From Tubiluchus corallicola (lineage: Eukaryota; Animalia; Priapulida), in the NCBI GenBank assembly GCA_030141605.1, contig JAQGDQ010002450.1, positions 1 to 31,238 on the forward strand: a stretch of DNA of 31,238 bases. The letters are read 5' to 3'. Each line of letters opens with the position of its first letter. Position 1 is the stretch's first letter. Positions 28,500 through 31,238 of the stretch are shown piece by piece. The notes under the pieces were generated by a model. That model worked only from the letters and a program-made list of their open reading frames with translations, did no database searches and was not told where the DNA came from. The position numbers and the translations under genes are program-made.

Positions 28500-28925
28500 A
28501 TGATGCTCAACATAGAAATACAACATCTGAAAGATATACAGCAAAAAGCTCAAGAATTTCTTATGCATTTCAAAGACAAACGCATTTTTGCTTTCTACGG
28601 AGATATGGGTGTGGGAAAAACAACTTTTATCAAAGCTCTTTGCAAGCAATTAGGAGTAAAAAATGTAGTCAATAGCCCTTCTTTTTCCATCATCAACGAA
28701 TACACTCTATCCAACAATAAAGAAATCTATCACTTCGATTTTTACCGAGTAAAAAATTTTGATGAAGCCATAGAAATAGGTTGTGAGGATTATTTTTACA
28801 GTGGGGATTATTGCTTTATAGAATGGGCTGAAATAATAGAATCTCTGCTACCTCCTACTACTATTCATATACAGATGACCATCGATGGAAAAGGAAGCAG
28901 AAAAATATCATTCCACAAAAAATAA
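28500..28925 (+). CDS. tsaE: t6A biosynthesis ATPase
   Basis: GDMGVGKTT, VNSPSF, YHFDFYR, FIEWA. Confidence 0.96.
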   Translation: MMLNIEIQHLKDIQQKAQEFLMHFKDKRIFAFYGDMGVGKTTFIKALCKQLGVKNVVNSPSFSIINEYTLSNNKEIYHFDFYRVKNFDEAIEIGCEDYFYSGDYCFIEWAEIIESLLPPTTIHIQMTIDGKGSRKISFHKK

Positions 28926-28950
28926 AATTTTTATTTGTGGTATTTAATTT
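28913..28950 (+). terminator. Possible terminator overlapping the tsaE stop
   Basis: CCACAAA (28913-28919) pairs with TTTGTGG (28934-28940); T-rich tail follows. Confidence 0.45.
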
Positions 28951-29146
28951 ATTTATCTAAATTTAAAAAAATAAAAACATAATTAATACAAACTATTAGC
29001 ATAATACTTAGAACGTTTCAAACTTTTACGACTAAAGAATAAATACAAAAAAAAATCTGAAAAGACGTTTAGGAACCTTTTTAGATTTATTTATAAAAAA
29101 GCTACCAACCATTTATATTACCTACCCTAAAATTGCATAACTTATA

Positions 29147-30358
29147 ATGAATACAAACATCAACCGATATCAAGCAGGCGAATATCTATTCCCTAAAGAA
29201 GAGATGTTAGCCACCTTAAAAGACAAAGAGACACTTATCATTGGCCTTCCCAAAGAAGGTAAAAAGGATGAAAATAGAGTATCTTTAACTCCTATTGCTG
29301 TAAAAAGACTTACAGACAACGGGCATAAAGTAATTATGGAGTCTGATGCTGGGAAAGCCTCCAATTATACAAATCAAGAATACTTAAAAGCAGGAGCTAA
29401 AATAACCACAAAAAGAAATAACGTTTACAATGCTGATATTATTCTGCAAGTTTCGCCACTCAGTTTAAAAGAAATAGAACTATTAAAGGGCTCGCAAACA
29501 ATAATTTCGTCACTATACCTTGCAAACCAAAAAGAGGAAAACATAAAGGCATTAATAAAGAAGAAAATAACAGCTCTCTCCTTTGAGCTTTTAAAAGATA
29601 ATAATGACAAATACCCTATAGCCTATTCGATAGGAGAGATAGCAGGTAATACAGCAATATTAGTGGCAGCCGAATATTTAAGCACCAGTCAAAACGGCAA
29701 AGGTATAGTACTTGGAAGTGTTACAGGCATAAGCCCTACGGAAGTGGTGATACTTGGCTCTAACATAACTGGAGAATCCGCTGCACGTGTTGCTCTTGGA
29801 CTTGGTGCTACTGTGAAGGTTTTTGATAATTTTATATGCCAATTACGAGAATTAACCAACAACATTGGTAGTAAAATTTTTACTTCTACGCTCAACCCCA
29901 TTATATTAGAGAAAGCTTTGCAAACAGCAGACGTAGTAATAGGGGCAATAAAACCATATATGAATAAGCCACGTTTTGTAGTACCCGCCAGCAATATTAT
30001 GAAAATGAAAAAAGGCTCTATCCTTATAGACCTTAGTGTGGAATCTGGAGGCTCTTTTGAAACCTCTAAACTTACAAGCCTTAGAAATCCAACCTACAAA
30101 AAACACAATGTTACACATTACTGTGTGCCAAATATCACCTCGAAAGTGGCACGCACCACCTCCATTGCTATTAGTAATATTCTCTCCCCACTTTTACTTG
30201 AAATAGGCGATGCAGGAAACTTGGACAATTATCTACAAGAAAATATAGGCACAAGAAACGGAATATATATCTATAATGGAGCTATTACTAATCCTGAACT
30301 AGGAGCAAAGTTTAATCTCCCTTACATCAACATAGATTTACTGCTGTCTTCTTTATAG
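29147..30358 (+). CDS. Alanine dehydrogenase/PNT-family protein with N-terminal extension; activity uncertain
   Basis: IGLPKE..ENRVSLTP, EIAG, ALGLGA, ADVVIGA, MKKGS..D, HYCVPN. Canonical catalytic residues are substituted. Confidence 0.85.
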   Translation: MNTNINRYQAGEYLFPKEEMLATLKDKETLIIGLPKEGKKDENRVSLTPIAVKRLTDNGHKVIMESDAGKASNYTNQEYLKAGAKITTKRNNVYNADIILQVSPLSLKEIELLKGSQTIISSLYLANQKEENIKALIKKKITALSFELLKDNNDKYPIAYSIGEIAGNTAILVAAEYLSTSQNGKGIVLGSVTGISPTEVVILGSNITGESAARVALGLGATVKVFDNFICQLRELTNNIGSKIFTSTLNPIILEKALQTADVVIGAIKPYMNKPRFVVPASNIMKMKKGSILIDLSVESGGSFETSKLTSLRNPTYKKHNVTHYCVPNITSKVARTTSIAISNILSPLLLEIGDAGNLDNYLQENIGTRNGIYIYNGAITNPELGAKFNLPYINIDLLLSSL

Positions 30359-30712
30359 ATTTTCTAACTCTTCTCGCTGCTTTTTCGTAAGATTTTTCCT
30401 CACTACTAAACCATAAGAGTCGTCTATCATCTTCTTCAATAGCTCATCAACAAGTCTTTCATCCATCACCTCCACAGTGTTCCAATGTTTTTTATTCATA
30501 TGATAACCCGGTAATATAAACTCATACCGTTCGCGTAACTCTACAGCCCTATCAGGCTCACATTTAAGATTCATCCTCATTTTCTCTTTCAAAGAAAGTA
30601 AAGCAAACATTTTGCCCATTACTTTAAATACCAAAGTAACATCATCAAAAGGAAAACTTTCTGTTACATCTTTCTTACTTAAACAATATTCTCTTATTTT
30701 TTCAATATTCAT
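30353..30712 (-). CDS. MmcQ/YjbR family protein
   Basis: REYCLS..VTESFPF, VFKVMGKMFAL, NLKC, PGYHMNKKHWNTV, IDDSY. Overlaps the convergent ald-like gene by 6 bp. Confidence 0.93.
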   Translation of the reverse strand: MNIEKIREYCLSKKDVTESFPFDDVTLVFKVMGKMFALLSLKEKMRMNLKCEPDRAVELRERYEFILPGYHMNKKHWNTVEVMDERLVDELLKKMIDDSYGLVVRKNLTKKQREELENL

Positions 30713-30787
30713 TTAGCAAGCTTATGAGTTTACACTATGGTTTATTTTATTATAGCTTTAAAAGTTTAAAAGCAGAAGAAGTTATTT

Positions 30788-30795
30788 CAAACTTA
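30788..30795 (-). promoter_or_regulatory. Possible -7 promoter element for the MmcQ/YjbR gene
   Basis: CAAACTTA on + reads TAAGTTTG on -. Confidence 0.45.
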
Positions 30796-30870
30796 ATGTA
30801 GTAAAATACTGTTTTATTCTTCTTTTTATAGAAACTAAAAAATACAAAAAGTTAGTCAAAAAGTTATTTT

Positions 30871-31238
30871 TTAATTATTGGTATGTTTTTTTGCTTCTTC
30901 TAATGAGATGGGTTTATCGCCAATAAAGGCAACAATGAATGAGTCTTGTATTTTATTTTTTATTTTTGCGTGTAATTTTTTTATTTTATTATACTGGTTT
31001 TCGTTTCCCACTGTATACTTATATTTTTTGTTAATATAATGTTCTTCTACATTTTCTATTCCAAAAAAACTTTGCAGGTCCGAAGCAATAGGACTTCTTC
31101 GTGAAGCTATTTGTATTTTATAACTTATTGGTGGCTGCTCTATAAATTCGGAGGCTTTATTTTCCACCTTATTTTTATAGGTAGTAAAAGCATTGAGAAT
31201 ACCTTGTGCTAATTGTGTTTGTCCTTTTTTTGATAAAA
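30871..31238 (-). CDS. N-acetylmuramoyl-L-alanine amidase (Amidase_3 plus SPOR-like C-terminus), 5' partial
   Basis: Frame is open to the window end. LSKKGQTQLAQGILNAFTTYK resembles the last Amidase_3 helix, followed by YKIQI..YKYTVG..DSFIVAF. Confidence 0.75.
   Translation of the reverse strand, partial: LSKKGQTQLAQGILNAFTTYKNKVENKASEFIEQPPISYKIQIASRRSPIASDLQSFFGIENVEEHYINKKYKYTVGNENQYNKIKKLHAKIKNKIQDSFIVAFIGDKPISLEEAKKHTNN

Overview
AT-rich chromosomal window from a Bacteroidota bacterium, as shown by the region-1.1-less primary sigma factor, fused LpxC/FabZ, TAnnTTTG promoters and A-rich translation starts. It is almost all housekeeping: Ldh_2 dehydrogenase (5' partial), asd, two tandem GH20 lipoproteins, serC, ftsX-DUF3098-uppP-truB-queA, rpoD, htrA, lpxA, lpxC/fabZ, rplS, miaA, an OmpA-family protein, ComEC, two rhomboids, a secreted esterase, nnr-DUF4831-trpB-trpA-queC-tsaE, an alanine-dehydrogenase-like protein, MmcQ/YjbR and the 3' end of an amidase. 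I found no tRNA, rRNA, CRISPR, transposase, phage or defence genes, and no clearly novel multi-gene system. The best leads are: a mosaic GH20 duplication whose second copy has altered sugar-binding residues; an OmpA linker made of three tandem D-T-V O-glycosylation sequons; an AlaDH homologue missing canonical catalytic and NAD-binding residues; trpBA without trpEGDCF; a Shine-Dalgarno site before rplS; and a strong strand skew that flips near both window ends. All calls come from reading motifs by eye; no searches were run.
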